Positions 36,765 to 46,361 of a DNA stretch of 64,000 bases are shown in pieces. Within the stretch, counting starts at the first letter, position 1. Every line of letters begins with the position of its first letter. The translations under genes and the position numbers were made by a program. The DNA is from Parcubacteria group bacterium Gr01-1014_8 (GTDB taxonomy: Bacteria > Patescibacteriota > Minisyncoccia > Phycocordibacterales > UBA2100). Below the pieces are notes generated by a model. The model was given only the letters and a program-made list of their open reading frames with translations, was not told where the DNA came from and did not search any database. The DNA lies in assembly GCA_007376385.1 (NCBI GenBank), contig VMGC01000002.1, positions 1-64,000 on the forward strand, written 5' to 3'.

Positions 36765-37460
36765 CTAATTTCTTCTCCAGCGAGGTTTGATACGTTTTAC
36801 GAACTCAATGCCTCCCAACACAACAATCACACCTGCCCATACTATAGCAAACGTTTGAAGCAGGGACTCTTCCGGAGCGTTCAGTATAAGAAAATTGAAG
36901 CCGCTGTGCAAAAGAGATGCGAGGATAACTCCGGCGGCTACGTACCATGCATGGATTTTGTGCGGTTTGTAGAACGAGAAGGCAAGGGCGAGCCCGACGA
37001 CGGCAGAAGAGAGCACGTGAAGCAATGTAGCCCCGACAAATCGCAAATTTCCGGTCATGATGGTCTCGATAGGGGTATTCCCCGCGAGCGGACTCATCAG
37101 AAAAAGGGTATTTTCAAGCGCGGCAAAACCGAGCGCGACAGCAACCATATAGATTACAGGGTCAATCGGCTCATCATCTTCGTGCCGCCAGAGGACCGCG
37201 ATACGCGCCGCGACATATTTCATCACTTCTTCGATGACAGACCACGCTGTAAAAATAGCCGTCGTGCTGACGAGAAAGGGTGCAACGAACTTTTGGAGCG
37301 GAATGACGACACCGACTGTTATCATTCCTGCGAAAAAAGCGAGGGCAATGAGCCGGCGAGGTTCTGGATGAGAATCTTCCCGCCGCCAGAACCAGAGCCA
37401 TGCAAGGGCGGGGAAGAGCCCTCCTGCTATCGCCGCGAGAAACGGATAAAACTCTGACAT
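36765..37460 (-). CDS. PrsW-family intramembrane protease
   Basis: Polytopic membrane protein with EEVMKYVAAR (EExxK) and GFAALEN motifs typical of PrsW. Confidence 0.7.
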   Translation of the reverse strand: MSEFYPFLAAIAGGLFPALAWLWFWRREDSHPEPRRLIALAFFAGMITVGVVIPLQKFVAPFLVSTTAIFTAWSVIEEVMKYVAARIAVLWRHEDDEPIDPVIYMVAVALGFAALENTLFLMSPLAGNTPIETIMTGNLRFVGATLLHVLSSAVVGLALAFSFYKPHKIHAWYVAAGVILASLLHSGFNFLILNAPEESLLQTFAIVWAGVIVVLGGIEFVKRIKPRWRRN

Positions 37461-37474
37461 TGCGTTAAATTGTA

Positions 37475-37804
37475 TCAGGCTTCTGGCCCGTCCTTCTTCA
37501 CACCTCTTGCCGCCCGCGAGGCGTTAACTAGGGTTCGCATGTCTAGATTCTCAATCGGAATTATCACACCACCGACTCGTTGTCCTGGATCATGGAACGT
37601 TCCGCGCAGTTTGGCAGATATCGCATCCATATCTTCGCTACCTGCTGTCCACCACAAATATTTACAATTCTGTCTGAGTGCCTGCTCTTTGAGACTTTTT
37701 ACAAGCTTACTATTAATACCAGCCGCCCGCTCCGCCTCCAATACTTCCAGGTCGATAATGAACATCACATTTCCTTTTATTCTTCCAAGGTTGACCTCCA
37801 TCAC
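37475..37804 (-). CDS. hypothetical protein (109 aa)
   Basis: Its start overlaps the upstream ORF stop by 4 nt (ATGA), indicating translational coupling. Confidence 0.5.
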   Translation of the reverse strand: MMEVNLGRIKGNVMFIIDLEVLEAERAAGINSKLVKSLKEQALRQNCKYLWWTAGSEDMDAISAKLRGTFHDPGQRVGGVIIPIENLDMRTLVNASRAARGVKKDGPEA

Positions 37805-38012
37805 ATCCCAAAAATTACGCCAATTGGCTGGGTGTCTCTACGCAATATCATTCCCGATTCAGGTGTAAGAACCGGAAGCTCCTCCTCTTTTGGGTCAAGC
37901 CCTACAACTCCCGCTTCTATTTCGCGAACGTCTTCTTGGTCTTTGCCGCTTCCCGTGATTACTTCCCAGCGTGAAGGTTGCTTCTCAACTTTGATATCTC
38001 CTTGGTCACTCA
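37801..38012 (-). CDS. hypothetical protein (approx. 70 aa, start MSDQGDIKVEK)
   Basis: This is the internal Met of the longer track ORF. The upstream portion overlaps valS and is probably not translated. Confidence 0.4.
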
Positions 38013-40133
38013 TATGGGCCACTTTGCGACCATGAGGAGTGGTTCGTCCTTGTGCGGCATCTTTTGCCAGATAGCTTCCGTCACGAACGGCATGAACGGG
38101 TGGAGCAGTTTGAGAGAAGTTACAAGCAGCTCGTAGAGCAATCGTTGGCGGGACTGCCTCTCTGTGGGGTCTTCGCTTTTGAGAATGGATTTCGATTCTT
38201 CGATGACTTCGCTCGCGAAGCGATTCCAAAGGAAATGATACAGGTTTTCAGCTGCCAAATAGAATCGATATTTATCTATACTCTCTGTCGTGTCTGCTAT
38301 CACGTACGACATTTCATTAATGAGATCTGCGTCGTAGGTCGTGAATTCTGCCTTCAGGAAATCTGCTGATGCATCTGTATTCTCAAGGACAAAGCGCGCA
38401 ACATTCCAGAGTTTATTCGAAAAGAGTTTATACGCCTTTATCTTTTGTTCGGAGAGGGCCATGTCCATGCCCGGTGTGTTGCCGACAAGGAGCGCCATGC
38501 GCAGTGCGTCGGTCCCAAATACTCTTGTAACTTCCAGGGGGTTGATAACGTTGCCTTTGCTCTTGCTCATTTTCTGTTTCTGGGCATCGCGCACAAGTCC
38601 GTGCAAAAAGACATCCCGGAAGGGAACTTCACCGGTTCGATACAGGCCAAGCATTATCATGCGCATCACCCAAAAGAACAGGATGTCATAACCTGTTTCC
38701 ATGACTGACGTCGGATAGTAGGTTTTGAAGTCCGGCGAGTCAGGATAGCCAAGTGTGGCAAACGGCCACTGTCCTGACGAGAACCATGTGTCGAAGGTGT
38801 CGGGATCCTGTACCCATCCTTCGCCTGGGGATTCCGCTTGAATTTTTATCTCGTCGTCTTTGAACCATGCGGGTATTGGTATGCCCCAGACTATCTGCCG
38901 CGAAATATTCCAATCGCGGAGCCCTTCGAGCCAGTGGAAGAATATCTTTCTGTACTGTTCACTGACGAACGTGATGCGGCCGTCTTCAACTGCCTTGCCT
39001 GCCATATCAGCGAGAGGCTTTATCTTTACGAACCACTGCGGCATGACACGAGGCTCGAGGATGTCGTGCTCGCTTTTGTAATTGACAAGGACGTTGTGCG
39101 TGTACTTTTCATCGACTTTCACGAGCATACCTTTCTCTTCAAGGTCGCGAGCAACGGCTGCACGAGCTTCAAGTATTTTCATGCCCGCATATTTTCCGCA
39201 TTTTTCATTGAGACGCCCAAATTTGTCGATGACTTCGACAACAGGCAAACCATGTCGCTGTGCCACCGCGAAGTCATTTGGGTCATGTGCCGGCGTGATC
39301 TTGACAACGCCCGTACCGAATGCTTGGTCGACGTATTCATCCGCGATGACCTTGAGCTTCACGGTGCCCGTGAGACCCTCGAATTCGATCTCCTTGCCGA
39401 CCCATTTTTTATATCGTTCATCATTCGGATTTACTGCGACGGCTGTATCGCCGAATTTTGTCTCTGGTCTCACGGTCGCGAGTACGAAGGGCCCGTATTT
39501 CAGGTAGTACAGCGGGTCATTTCTCTCGACCACCTTAGTTTCGAGATCGGAAAGCGATGTCTGGTATTTGGTGCTCCAATGAACGGGACGCGAGCCCCGC
39601 ACGACGAGTCCGTCGTTGAACATCTTTTTGAATGTGCCGTAGACGGTAGATACAATTTTCGGGTCGAGTGTAAAGGTATTGCGGCTCCAATCGCACGAAG
39701 CGCCAAGCTCACGCAGCTGTCCTTCCATGAATTTTTTGTTCTCAAGCGTGAAGGCAAGCGTTTCTTTGTAGAATTCATCTCGCGGCATTTTGAAACGCGA
39801 ACGGCCCTCTTTTTCAAGTTTTTTCTCGAATACGATCTGGGTCTCGAATCCGGCATGGTCGCCTCCCGGCAGCCAGAGGGTCTTGTATCCCCGCATTCGT
39901 TTGTAGCGTATAAGAAGGTCTTGGAGGGTTACGAAAAGCGCGTGGCCAACATGAAGAGAGCCGTTGGCGTTCGGCGGCGGCATGATAATGCAGAATGGCT
40001 CCTTGTGTTCTTCGGGAAGGTTATCTGGATTAAAGTAGCCGCTTTGTTCCCATAAGGAATAGATGCCCGGCTCAGTGTCCGCCGGATCGTACGGTTTGAG
40101 GAATTCTTCTGGTGCGCTGCCTCGATTCTCCAC
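38010..40133 (-). CDS. valS: valyl-tRNA synthetase (short form, 707 aa)
   Basis: It has the HIGH motif (SLHVGHAL) and the KMSKS motif (KMSKSKGN). PPPNANGSLHVGHALFVTLQDLLIRYKRMRGYKTLWLPGGDHAGFETQ matches ValRS. It lacks the usual C-terminal coiled coil. Confidence 0.88.
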   Translation of the reverse strand: MENRGSAPEEFLKPYDPADTEPGIYSLWEQSGYFNPDNLPEEHKEPFCIIMPPPNANGSLHVGHALFVTLQDLLIRYKRMRGYKTLWLPGGDHAGFETQIVFEKKLEKEGRSRFKMPRDEFYKETLAFTLENKKFMEGQLRELGASCDWSRNTFTLDPKIVSTVYGTFKKMFNDGLVVRGSRPVHWSTKYQTSLSDLETKVVERNDPLYYLKYGPFVLATVRPETKFGDTAVAVNPNDERYKKWVGKEIEFEGLTGTVKLKVIADEYVDQAFGTGVVKITPAHDPNDFAVAQRHGLPVVEVIDKFGRLNEKCGKYAGMKILEARAAVARDLEEKGMLVKVDEKYTHNVLVNYKSEHDILEPRVMPQWFVKIKPLADMAGKAVEDGRITFVSEQYRKIFFHWLEGLRDWNISRQIVWGIPIPAWFKDDEIKIQAESPGEGWVQDPDTFDTWFSSGQWPFATLGYPDSPDFKTYYPTSVMETGYDILFFWVMRMIMLGLYRTGEVPFRDVFLHGLVRDAQKQKMSKSKGNVINPLEVTRVFGTDALRMALLVGNTPGMDMALSEQKIKAYKLFSNKLWNVARFVLENTDASADFLKAEFTTYDADLINEMSYVIADTTESIDKYRFYLAAENLYHFLWNRFASEVIEESKSILKSEDPTERQSRQRLLYELLVTSLKLLHPFMPFVTEAIWQKMPHKDEPLLMVAKWPI

Positions 40134-40249
40134 AGGGCGATGGTAACAGATTCAGAAGAACCCTGCGAGACGCGTCTTCTATTGTGCTATCGCTTTTCGT
40201 CGGCTACTATGCTTCCGTACCGATCATATAAAGTAGTCACATAGATACT

Positions 40250-40684
40250 ATGGATGAAAAAAAGAGAGCATTTGAATTTAAAGTAGTCACGCAGCTTAAA
40301 GTGGTCCTTGACCATGTGCCTGGATCACTCGCGAGAGTTGCCGAAGCCCTGCAAAAAGCGGACATCAACATCGAAGGGACGTGCAACATGGAAGGCTATG
40401 ACGAGACCATGCCGCTGCGGCTGGTCGTTGATAAGCCTGACGCCGCGAAGAAAGCCATCGAGGCTCTTGGCGAACCCGTAACTATCGAGCAGGCGCTGTC
40501 TTTCAGAAGTCTCGATGACAAGCCGGGTTTCATTGCTGCAGTTGCGCGGAAACTAGGGGACGCGAAAATAAACATTCAAAGCATTTATCACACGTCATCG
40601 GGAAGAGGGGGCGAAGCGACGATATTTATTTCTGTCGACAAAGCAAATCTTGAACGAGCGACGCAGCTGATGCAGTCTCTGTAA
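40250..40684 (+). CDS. ACT-domain protein (two ACT repeats)
   Basis: 144-aa ORF. VLDHVPGSLARVAEAL and FIAAVARKLGDAKINI match the ACT fold pattern. Confidence 0.65.
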   Translation: MDEKKRAFEFKVVTQLKVVLDHVPGSLARVAEALQKADINIEGTCNMEGYDETMPLRLVVDKPDAAKKAIEALGEPVTIEQALSFRSLDDKPGFIAAVARKLGDAKINIQSIYHTSSGRGGEATIFISVDKANLERATQLMQSL

Positions 40685-40690
40685 TTTTTC

Positions 40691-41773
40691 TCACGTGAAC
40701 GATGACGTACCCTCTGCAAGTTTGAGGTTGCCTTGGGCGCGCAGTTGTTCAGGGTTTGAGAATTCTCTTTTTAATGCGCGGAAATAGCCGGCAAGGGCGA
40801 TCATGAGCGCATTATCAGTTGCAAGTTCCACAGGAGGAAGGACAAGTGTTACGCCAATGTCCGCACAAGCCTTAGCTAGTCGTGAGCGGATCTCTGTATT
40901 TGCGGAAACTCCGCCTCCAACAACGAGTGTTCGCGCTCCACATTCCTCGATTGCGCGCGAGGTTTTGTCTACGAGAACATCTGTCACCGCATCTTCAAAT
41001 TCTTGCGCGACCAGTTTTTTAAATTCTTCGGTCACCGATCCCTTTCCTTCAACAATCCTTCGGACGGCCGTTTTCAAACCCGCGAATGAAAAATCAAAAT
41101 TCTTTTTATGCAGCATCGGCCTCGGCAAAATGACCGACATACGATGTCGGTCAGTTTGCCGTGCTTCTTCGGCAAGGCGAGAAATGTGCGGACCGCCAGG
41201 ATAGGGAAGTCCAAGCATACGCGCTACTTTATCGAATGCTTCGCCGACAGCGTCATCTCGTGTTCGGCCGATGTATTCATACTCCATCCATTTCCGGGAC
41301 AGAATTAGATCGGTATGCCCTCCAGAAATAAGGAGGGAGAGCATCGGGAATTGGATTTGTCTGCCTCCATTCTCGGCGAGGGCGGAAATGATGATGTGTC
41401 CCTCCATGTGATTCACCGGTACGATGGGAACATTCCATTTTTTTGCCCACTCCTGTGCAAAAGTGATACCGGTCCACAAACATGGCTCAAGTCCTGGTCC
41501 CATGGTGACGGCAATAGCGTCGATATTAGTCCTTCCTTTTTGCTTTTTCTCTGCTTCGTTCAAGACTTCAGTAAGGAGGAGTGGAAGATTCTTTGCATGC
41601 TCGCTTTTGGCAACATTTGGATAGATGCCGCCGTATTTTGCGTGAAGCTCTGATTGTGTTGTAACGAGGTTCGCGAGCACTTCAAATTTAAAATAACCGC
41701 CAAACGAACCATGTGCGTCAATGAGCGCGATTCCCGTGTCGTCTGCTGATGTTTCGATACCTAGTATTCTCAT
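40691..41773 (-). CDS. tsaD: tRNA N6-threonylcarbamoyladenosine synthase TsaD (Kae1/Gcp)
   Basis: MRILGIETSADDTGIAL..., HMEGHI and GGVSAN motifs. The start was set at MRILG. Confidence 0.85.
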   Translation of the reverse strand: MRILGIETSADDTGIALIDAHGSFGGYFKFEVLANLVTTQSELHAKYGGIYPNVAKSEHAKNLPLLLTEVLNEAEKKQKGRTNIDAIAVTMGPGLEPCLWTGITFAQEWAKKWNVPIVPVNHMEGHIIISALAENGGRQIQFPMLSLLISGGHTDLILSRKWMEYEYIGRTRDDAVGEAFDKVARMLGLPYPGGPHISRLAEEARQTDRHRMSVILPRPMLHKKNFDFSFAGLKTAVRRIVEGKGSVTEEFKKLVAQEFEDAVTDVLVDKTSRAIEECGARTLVVGGGVSANTEIRSRLAKACADIGVTLVLPPVELATDNALMIALAGYFRALKREFSNPEQLRAQGNLKLAEGTSSFT

Positions 41774-41983
41774 TACGGCGATAGTACACAAGATAGTGAA
41801 TAATCTCTACTTAAGTTACCTGCCCATGAACCAACTTTGGCTCACCTCAATAAGCTCGCATTGATCACGAATGAAAGATCTGCCTTGTCGGCGATCGCGG
41901 AATTTTTATCCAAATTTCTGGTAGAGTCAGCGCTTGGTGCGGGGGTAGCGCACATGAAGAAAATGAGCCACGATACGGTGCGT

Positions 41984-42086
41984 TATACCCCATGAGATAA
42001 ATACATTGAAATTAACCGGGCAACTCGAATATATCTACACAAAAGATAACTGCAAAAAACACCACATGACTATCTCACGGGGTATA
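41984..42086 (+). mobile_element. ORF-less copy of the CCCC(A/G)TGAGATA/TATCTCACGGGG TIR element (95 bp) with 4-bp TSD TATA
   Basis: TIR cores at 41988..41999 and 42071..42082. TATA is at 41984..41987 and 42083..42086. The right end sits 9 bp upstream of the ABC transporter ATG and creates a TATACT -10-like box. Confidence 0.6.
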
Positions 42087-42094
42087 CTTGTCCA

Positions 42095-43876
42095 ATGAGT
42101 TCCTACTGGCGTGAAGACATACCACTCGACACGAATCCATTTCGATTCTTTTTGTTTGTCTCGAGAGCTCACTGGAAGATGGTCTGGTTATCTATTGCTG
42201 CAGTTGTCGCAGCCGGCATATGTTCTGCCTTTACCGCGTATTCCTTCAAGATAATCGCCAACGCTGCAACAATGCTCCCGCAAAGTACTGCCTACGATAA
42301 TCTCGTGTGGGGAAGCGGCATATATCTGCTTTCCCTTCTCGCTGCAAAGGCATTTTGGCGATGGAGCGGCTTCACCGGCGGTAAATGGGCGACAGGCTCA
42401 AGGGCCACCGCTCGTCATGCGCTCACTGCCTATGTAACGCTTCATAGCAGAACCTATTTCTCGAACCGTTTTGCAGGCTCAATTGCAAATAAAATAGGTC
42501 ATGCGGCGAGTGGAATGGTTGATATGGTCGAGTTGCTATTGTGGGAATTTATCGAGCTTTTTGTTGCGGTCATCACGAGTTTCATGATCGCTTTCATTGC
42601 TTCTCCCTCTATCGCGATCGTCTTTTTTGCGTGGGTTGTTGCAGTCGCGGTTCTTAATGTTTTTTTCGCGTATAAGCGAACGCCTCTTTCGGCGCGGGCT
42701 CAACAGCTCGAGACGGGTCTAACTGGTGCGACTGTGGATCTTCTTTCAAACATCACTGCTATGCAGGAGTATGCGAGGCGCCCCTTCGAGATAGGGCGCC
42801 TTAGGGATGCGATAGACGAACGAAGAAAAGCGGGACTTCGCAATTGGTGGTACGGGGAGCGTGTGCTCGTCATCAACAATATTCTCCAGACTTTTTTCGG
42901 GGCTCTCATGCTTTTTACCGCGGTAAAACTGGCGATGTCGGGAACTATCTCGCCCGGCGATGTTGTATTGGTGATAACGGTAATTTTCCGAATAGAAGGT
43001 TTGCTGCAGACGCTCGGCTCCAACCTCAATAAAATATCAAATGTGTGGGGAGAGGTCGAAGAAAGCCTCAATGAAATAGTTGAGCCCCACGAGATCCCCG
43101 ACAGGGAAGATGCGATGATGCTTGAAGTTGGCGAAGGGGCGATAGATGTAAATAATATTTCATTTGCTTATGAGGAGACACAAGTCTTTCAGCACCTTTC
43201 CGTACATGTGAAGGCAGGACAGCGCGTAGGGCTTGTGGGTAAAAGCGGTTCGGGAAAAAGTACGCTCATGCGGCTTCTTTTGCACCATCACGATATTCAA
43301 GCGGGCTCTATCACGATAGACGGTGTTGACATAGCGGACGTGAAGCAAGAGAGTTTGCGGCGAGCCATATCGATCGTCCCGCAGGAGCCGTTGTTATTCC
43401 ACCGGAATATTCTTGAGAATATCGGATACGGCAAGCCGAGCGCGACCGCTAAACAGATAATGGAAGCGGCAAAGCTTGCACAGGCGCATGAGTTCATACA
43501 GCATCTCCCTGGCGGATACGATTCCGTCGTCGGAGAGCGCGGAATCAAGCTCTCCGGAGGTGAACGCCAACGTGTTGTTATTGCAAGAGCCATATTGAAG
43601 AACGCCCCTATTCTTCTGTTGGATGAAGCAACATCGGCGCTTGATAGCGAAAGCGAAGTTGCTATTCAGGAGGCGCTTCGAAAATTGATGCAAGGAAAGA
43701 CAGTTATCGCAATAGCGCACCGCCTCTCAACCTTGCGCGAAATGGATCGCATCCTTGTCATGGATGCAGGTAAAATAGTCGAGGATGGCACGCACGATGA
43801 ATTATTGCGCCGCGGAGGTAAGTATTCAGAGTTGTGGGCGCATCAGGCTGGCGGATTCTTGCAGGAAGAGGAGTAG
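42095..43876 (+). CDS. ABC transporter, fused permease/ATP-binding exporter (MsbA-like)
   Basis: Six TM helices, Walker A GKSGSGKST, ABC signature LSGGERQRV and Walker B LLLDEATSALD. Confidence 0.9.
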   Translation: MSSYWREDIPLDTNPFRFFLFVSRAHWKMVWLSIAAVVAAGICSAFTAYSFKIIANAATMLPQSTAYDNLVWGSGIYLLSLLAAKAFWRWSGFTGGKWATGSRATARHALTAYVTLHSRTYFSNRFAGSIANKIGHAASGMVDMVELLLWEFIELFVAVITSFMIAFIASPSIAIVFFAWVVAVAVLNVFFAYKRTPLSARAQQLETGLTGATVDLLSNITAMQEYARRPFEIGRLRDAIDERRKAGLRNWWYGERVLVINNILQTFFGALMLFTAVKLAMSGTISPGDVVLVITVIFRIEGLLQTLGSNLNKISNVWGEVEESLNEIVEPHEIPDREDAMMLEVGEGAIDVNNISFAYEETQVFQHLSVHVKAGQRVGLVGKSGSGKSTLMRLLLHHHDIQAGSITIDGVDIADVKQESLRRAISIVPQEPLLFHRNILENIGYGKPSATAKQIMEAAKLAQAHEFIQHLPGGYDSVVGERGIKLSGGERQRVVIARAILKNAPILLLDEATSALDSESEVAIQEALRKLMQGKTVIAIAHRLSTLREMDRILVMDAGKIVEDGTHDELLRRGGKYSELWAHQAGGFLQEEE

Positions 43877-43882
43877 GATTTG

Positions 43883-43954
43883 TGCGCGGTGAGGGATTTG
43901 AACCCCCGGCCCTCCCCACGTCAAGGGGATGCTCTACCACTGAGCTAACCGCGC
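43883..43954 (-). tRNA. tRNA-Val (anticodon GAC)
   Basis: The reverse complement gives GCGCGGTTAGCTCAGTGGTAGAGCATCCCCTTGACGTGGGGAGGGCCGGGGGTTCAAATCCCTCACCGCGCA. A duplicate of the tRNA 5' end (gagctaaccgcgcata) occurs at about 44024-44039. Confidence 0.85.
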
Positions 43955-44102
43955 ATAGTCTGACCTATTTTACGCTGCACTCGTCTCAGATCCAGAATAT
44001 GTGTCAGCATCGTCCTCCGGAGCTAACCGCGCATATTCTGAATATCTTACACTGTGCGTGCCCAATATAGCAGAAACTCAATATGTTCGGTAGCATTCTC
44101 CT

Positions 44103-44723
44103 ATGGAAATAGTTACGTTAGGGAAAGATTTAGGCGGATGTGTTCTAAAAGCATCAGGAATTTTGCGCCACGGCGGCGTAATCATCTTTCCCACAGACAC
44201 ATTGTATGGTCTTGGGGCTGATGCGCTTTCTGATGAAGCTGTGGCAAAGATATACGGTGTAAAAGGCCGGAATGAAGGAAAGCCAATGCATGCCATCTTT
44301 GCAAATCTTGAAATGGCCGCGGAATATGCAGAGATAAACGATGCAGCAATAAAACTTGCCAAGAAATTTTTGCCCGGTGCGCTTACGCTGGTCTTAAAAA
44401 AGAAAAAAGGAGTTGATACGGGAATCGTAAAGGGCATTGATACGATAGGAATGCGCATACCTGATAACGATTTCTGCCTCGACCTTGCGAAGACTTTCGG
44501 CAAGCCATATACGGCGACAAGTGCCAACAAAGCGGGGAGTCCGCCGCAACTGTCATCCAAGAAAGTATTGGAGCAGCTAGGAAGGAACGCGGAACAAGTT
44601 GACCTCGTTGTCGATGACGGATTGTTGCCGATGCGATTGCCGACGACGGTGGTGAATGTTGTCTCCGACTACCCGGTCATTTTGCGAGAAGGTGCAATAC
44701 CTCCAAGGGAGATTTTGGGTTAA
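44103..44723 (+). CDS. tsaC: L-threonylcarbamoyladenylate synthase (TsaC/YrdC/Sua5 family)
   Basis: VIIFPTDTLYGLGADALSDEAVAKIYGVKGR matches the YrdC domain signature. Confidence 0.85.
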   Translation: MEIVTLGKDLGGCVLKASGILRHGGVIIFPTDTLYGLGADALSDEAVAKIYGVKGRNEGKPMHAIFANLEMAAEYAEINDAAIKLAKKFLPGALTLVLKKKKGVDTGIVKGIDTIGMRIPDNDFCLDLAKTFGKPYTATSANKAGSPPQLSSKKVLEQLGRNAEQVDLVVDDGLLPMRLPTTVVNVVSDYPVILREGAIPPREILG

Positions 44724-45032
44724 AAAGTCCGGACCCGGCGCAGATAAGCTATGCGCGCCGGGTCCGCGGCTTCACGAAGGATCGTCGCGACTTTCCTTTC
44801 GCTCGTCCTCCTCCCCCTCCTTTTGGACTTTGCCAAGGGCGAGAAGACCTTTAATAACGGCGACAAGAACGACGAGGCCGACGATCATCGCAAGCCAGTT
44901 GTCCACCAGGAATCTCCACATGGCGATTCCTCATACCTTTCTTCCCCGGTTTACCCTCAATCTGTCTTTGCCGGGGAGCATGACAGCGGGTGATGGGGAG
45001 AGATTATCCCACGAAATAGCGGCACGTCAAGT

Positions 45033-45602
45033 TTACCATGTGATCCTTTTGTTCACTTTTCGTGCAAGTTCTTGAACGAACTCGTGATACTCCTGGGGAG
45101 AAAATGTCTTAAGGTGCAACGCCTGTGCTTGCAGTAAAATTTTTGTTTGTGTTCTTGCAAGAGTTGTTTTATCCGTAATGCGTTTTTCCGCCTCAAAAAA
45201 CAAAATACCCTTTCCGGCGTTAACAATGCTCCACTCAACTCCTTTATAGATATATACTTCTTTTTTGCGATGCATCTCAAGCCCGCGGGAGAACCCGAGT
45301 ATCTTTACGACCTGCTTCACGGCGCTCAGGTTCGTGCCCGCAAGTTTCAGCGAGATCTCTTCACGTGCGGTGTTGTGAGTTGAGACTTTCTTCTTCACCA
45401 TGATCTCGCATTGTCCGTCGGTATCACGCAGGCGAACGTCAACCTTCCGCTTCGTCGGGTTGGCATGATATCCCGGATAATCGAACAGAAGTATCTGAAC
45501 CCTGTTGTGAGTTTCGAGATGTTTCCCATGTTTTCGCAGGAGCGCTCTCAATCTGAGCGCTTGGGTGTTGGTTAATCTCCCCCGTAGTTCAATTTCTATC
45601 AT
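45033..45602 (-). CDS. CYTH-domain protein (CyaB/ThTPase-like)
   Basis: N-terminal MIEIELRG (the EIE[LR]K CYTH hallmark) and a downstream acidic/basic pattern. Confidence 0.65.
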   Translation of the reverse strand: MIEIELRGRLTNTQALRLRALLRKHGKHLETHNRVQILLFDYPGYHANPTKRKVDVRLRDTDGQCEIMVKKKVSTHNTAREEISLKLAGTNLSAVKQVVKILGFSRGLEMHRKKEVYIYKGVEWSIVNAGKGILFFEAEKRITDKTTLARTQTKILLQAQALHLKTFSPQEYHEFVQELARKVNKRITW

Positions 45603-45606
45603 GATG

Positions 45607-46263
45607 TCAGTCTATCTTTTTCTTCTCCTCATCAGCGACACGCCAAAGGTACCAGGATGCAATGGACGCATGTTCGCGCCATGGTTTTGCAAGTTGCTCC
45701 ATTTCCTCCGGAGTTGGAAGCGAGTCGAGTTGGTACAAGATCTGGAATCCCTTACGGACGCCCAAGTCTCCCGTCGGTAAGACGTCGGGGCGGTTCAGTG
45801 AAAAGATGAGAAACATATGTACGGTCCATACGCCAATGCCTTTGACCTGAGTTAAATGAGCCACTATTTCATCGCTTCTCATTTTATTAAGCGAGCGATG
45901 TCGAATAGTGCCGTCGGAAAACTTTTTCGCCAAATCCTTAAGATAGGCGACTTTTTGTTTTGACAATCCGGCAGAGCGCAGGCGAGCGGGGGACATACGT
46001 ATAACATCTTGAGCGATCGGGAATTTTCTTGCTTTAGGTTTTTCCCAGTCCAACGGCTCTTTCAAATGAATTCCAAAAAGCGCAACGAATTTCTTGTAAA
46101 CGGATGCAGCTGCTTTGCCGGAGATCTGTTGGTAAATGATAGCTCTGCTAAGTGCCTGGAACGTATTCTTGCCACGCTTCAATTTCGGAGGTCCGTGTCT
46201 TTCAATGAGGGCGCGGAATTTGGGGTGTTGCTTGAGTGCGACCAGTGACTTATTCATGTGCAT
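45607..46263 (-). CDS. HhH-GPD DNA glycosylase (AlkA/3-methyladenine DNA glycosylase II-like)
   Basis: Helix-hairpin-helix VKGIGVWTVHMFLIFSL...LPTGDLGVRKG with the catalytic Asp region. Confidence 0.78.
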   Translation of the reverse strand: MHMNKSLVALKQHPKFRALIERHGPPKLKRGKNTFQALSRAIIYQQISGKAAASVYKKFVALFGIHLKEPLDWEKPKARKFPIAQDVIRMSPARLRSAGLSKQKVAYLKDLAKKFSDGTIRHRSLNKMRSDEIVAHLTQVKGIGVWTVHMFLIFSLNRPDVLPTGDLGVRKGFQILYQLDSLPTPEEMEQLAKPWREHASIASWYLWRVADEEKKKID

Positions 46264-46361
46264 ACATTACTGACGACGTAGAGCGAGCGCAATGCGTAAA
46301 TATATTTTCGCATTACCGAGCCGAGGAGTTAGAAAACCCGCTTCTTTTTTTTAAAACAGGT

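Noticed and set aside
38838-40055. 405-aa plus-strand ORF
   Set aside because: It lies entirely antisense to the well-supported valS gene and has a low-complexity, atypical composition. It is a spurious antisense ORF.
44751-44993. 80-aa plus-strand ORF, or alternatively a 49-aa minus-strand small membrane ORF (44784..44933)
   Set aside because: The two candidates overlap and neither has homology or clear signals. The minus-strand hydrophobic peptide looks slightly more gene-like, but support is too weak to call either.
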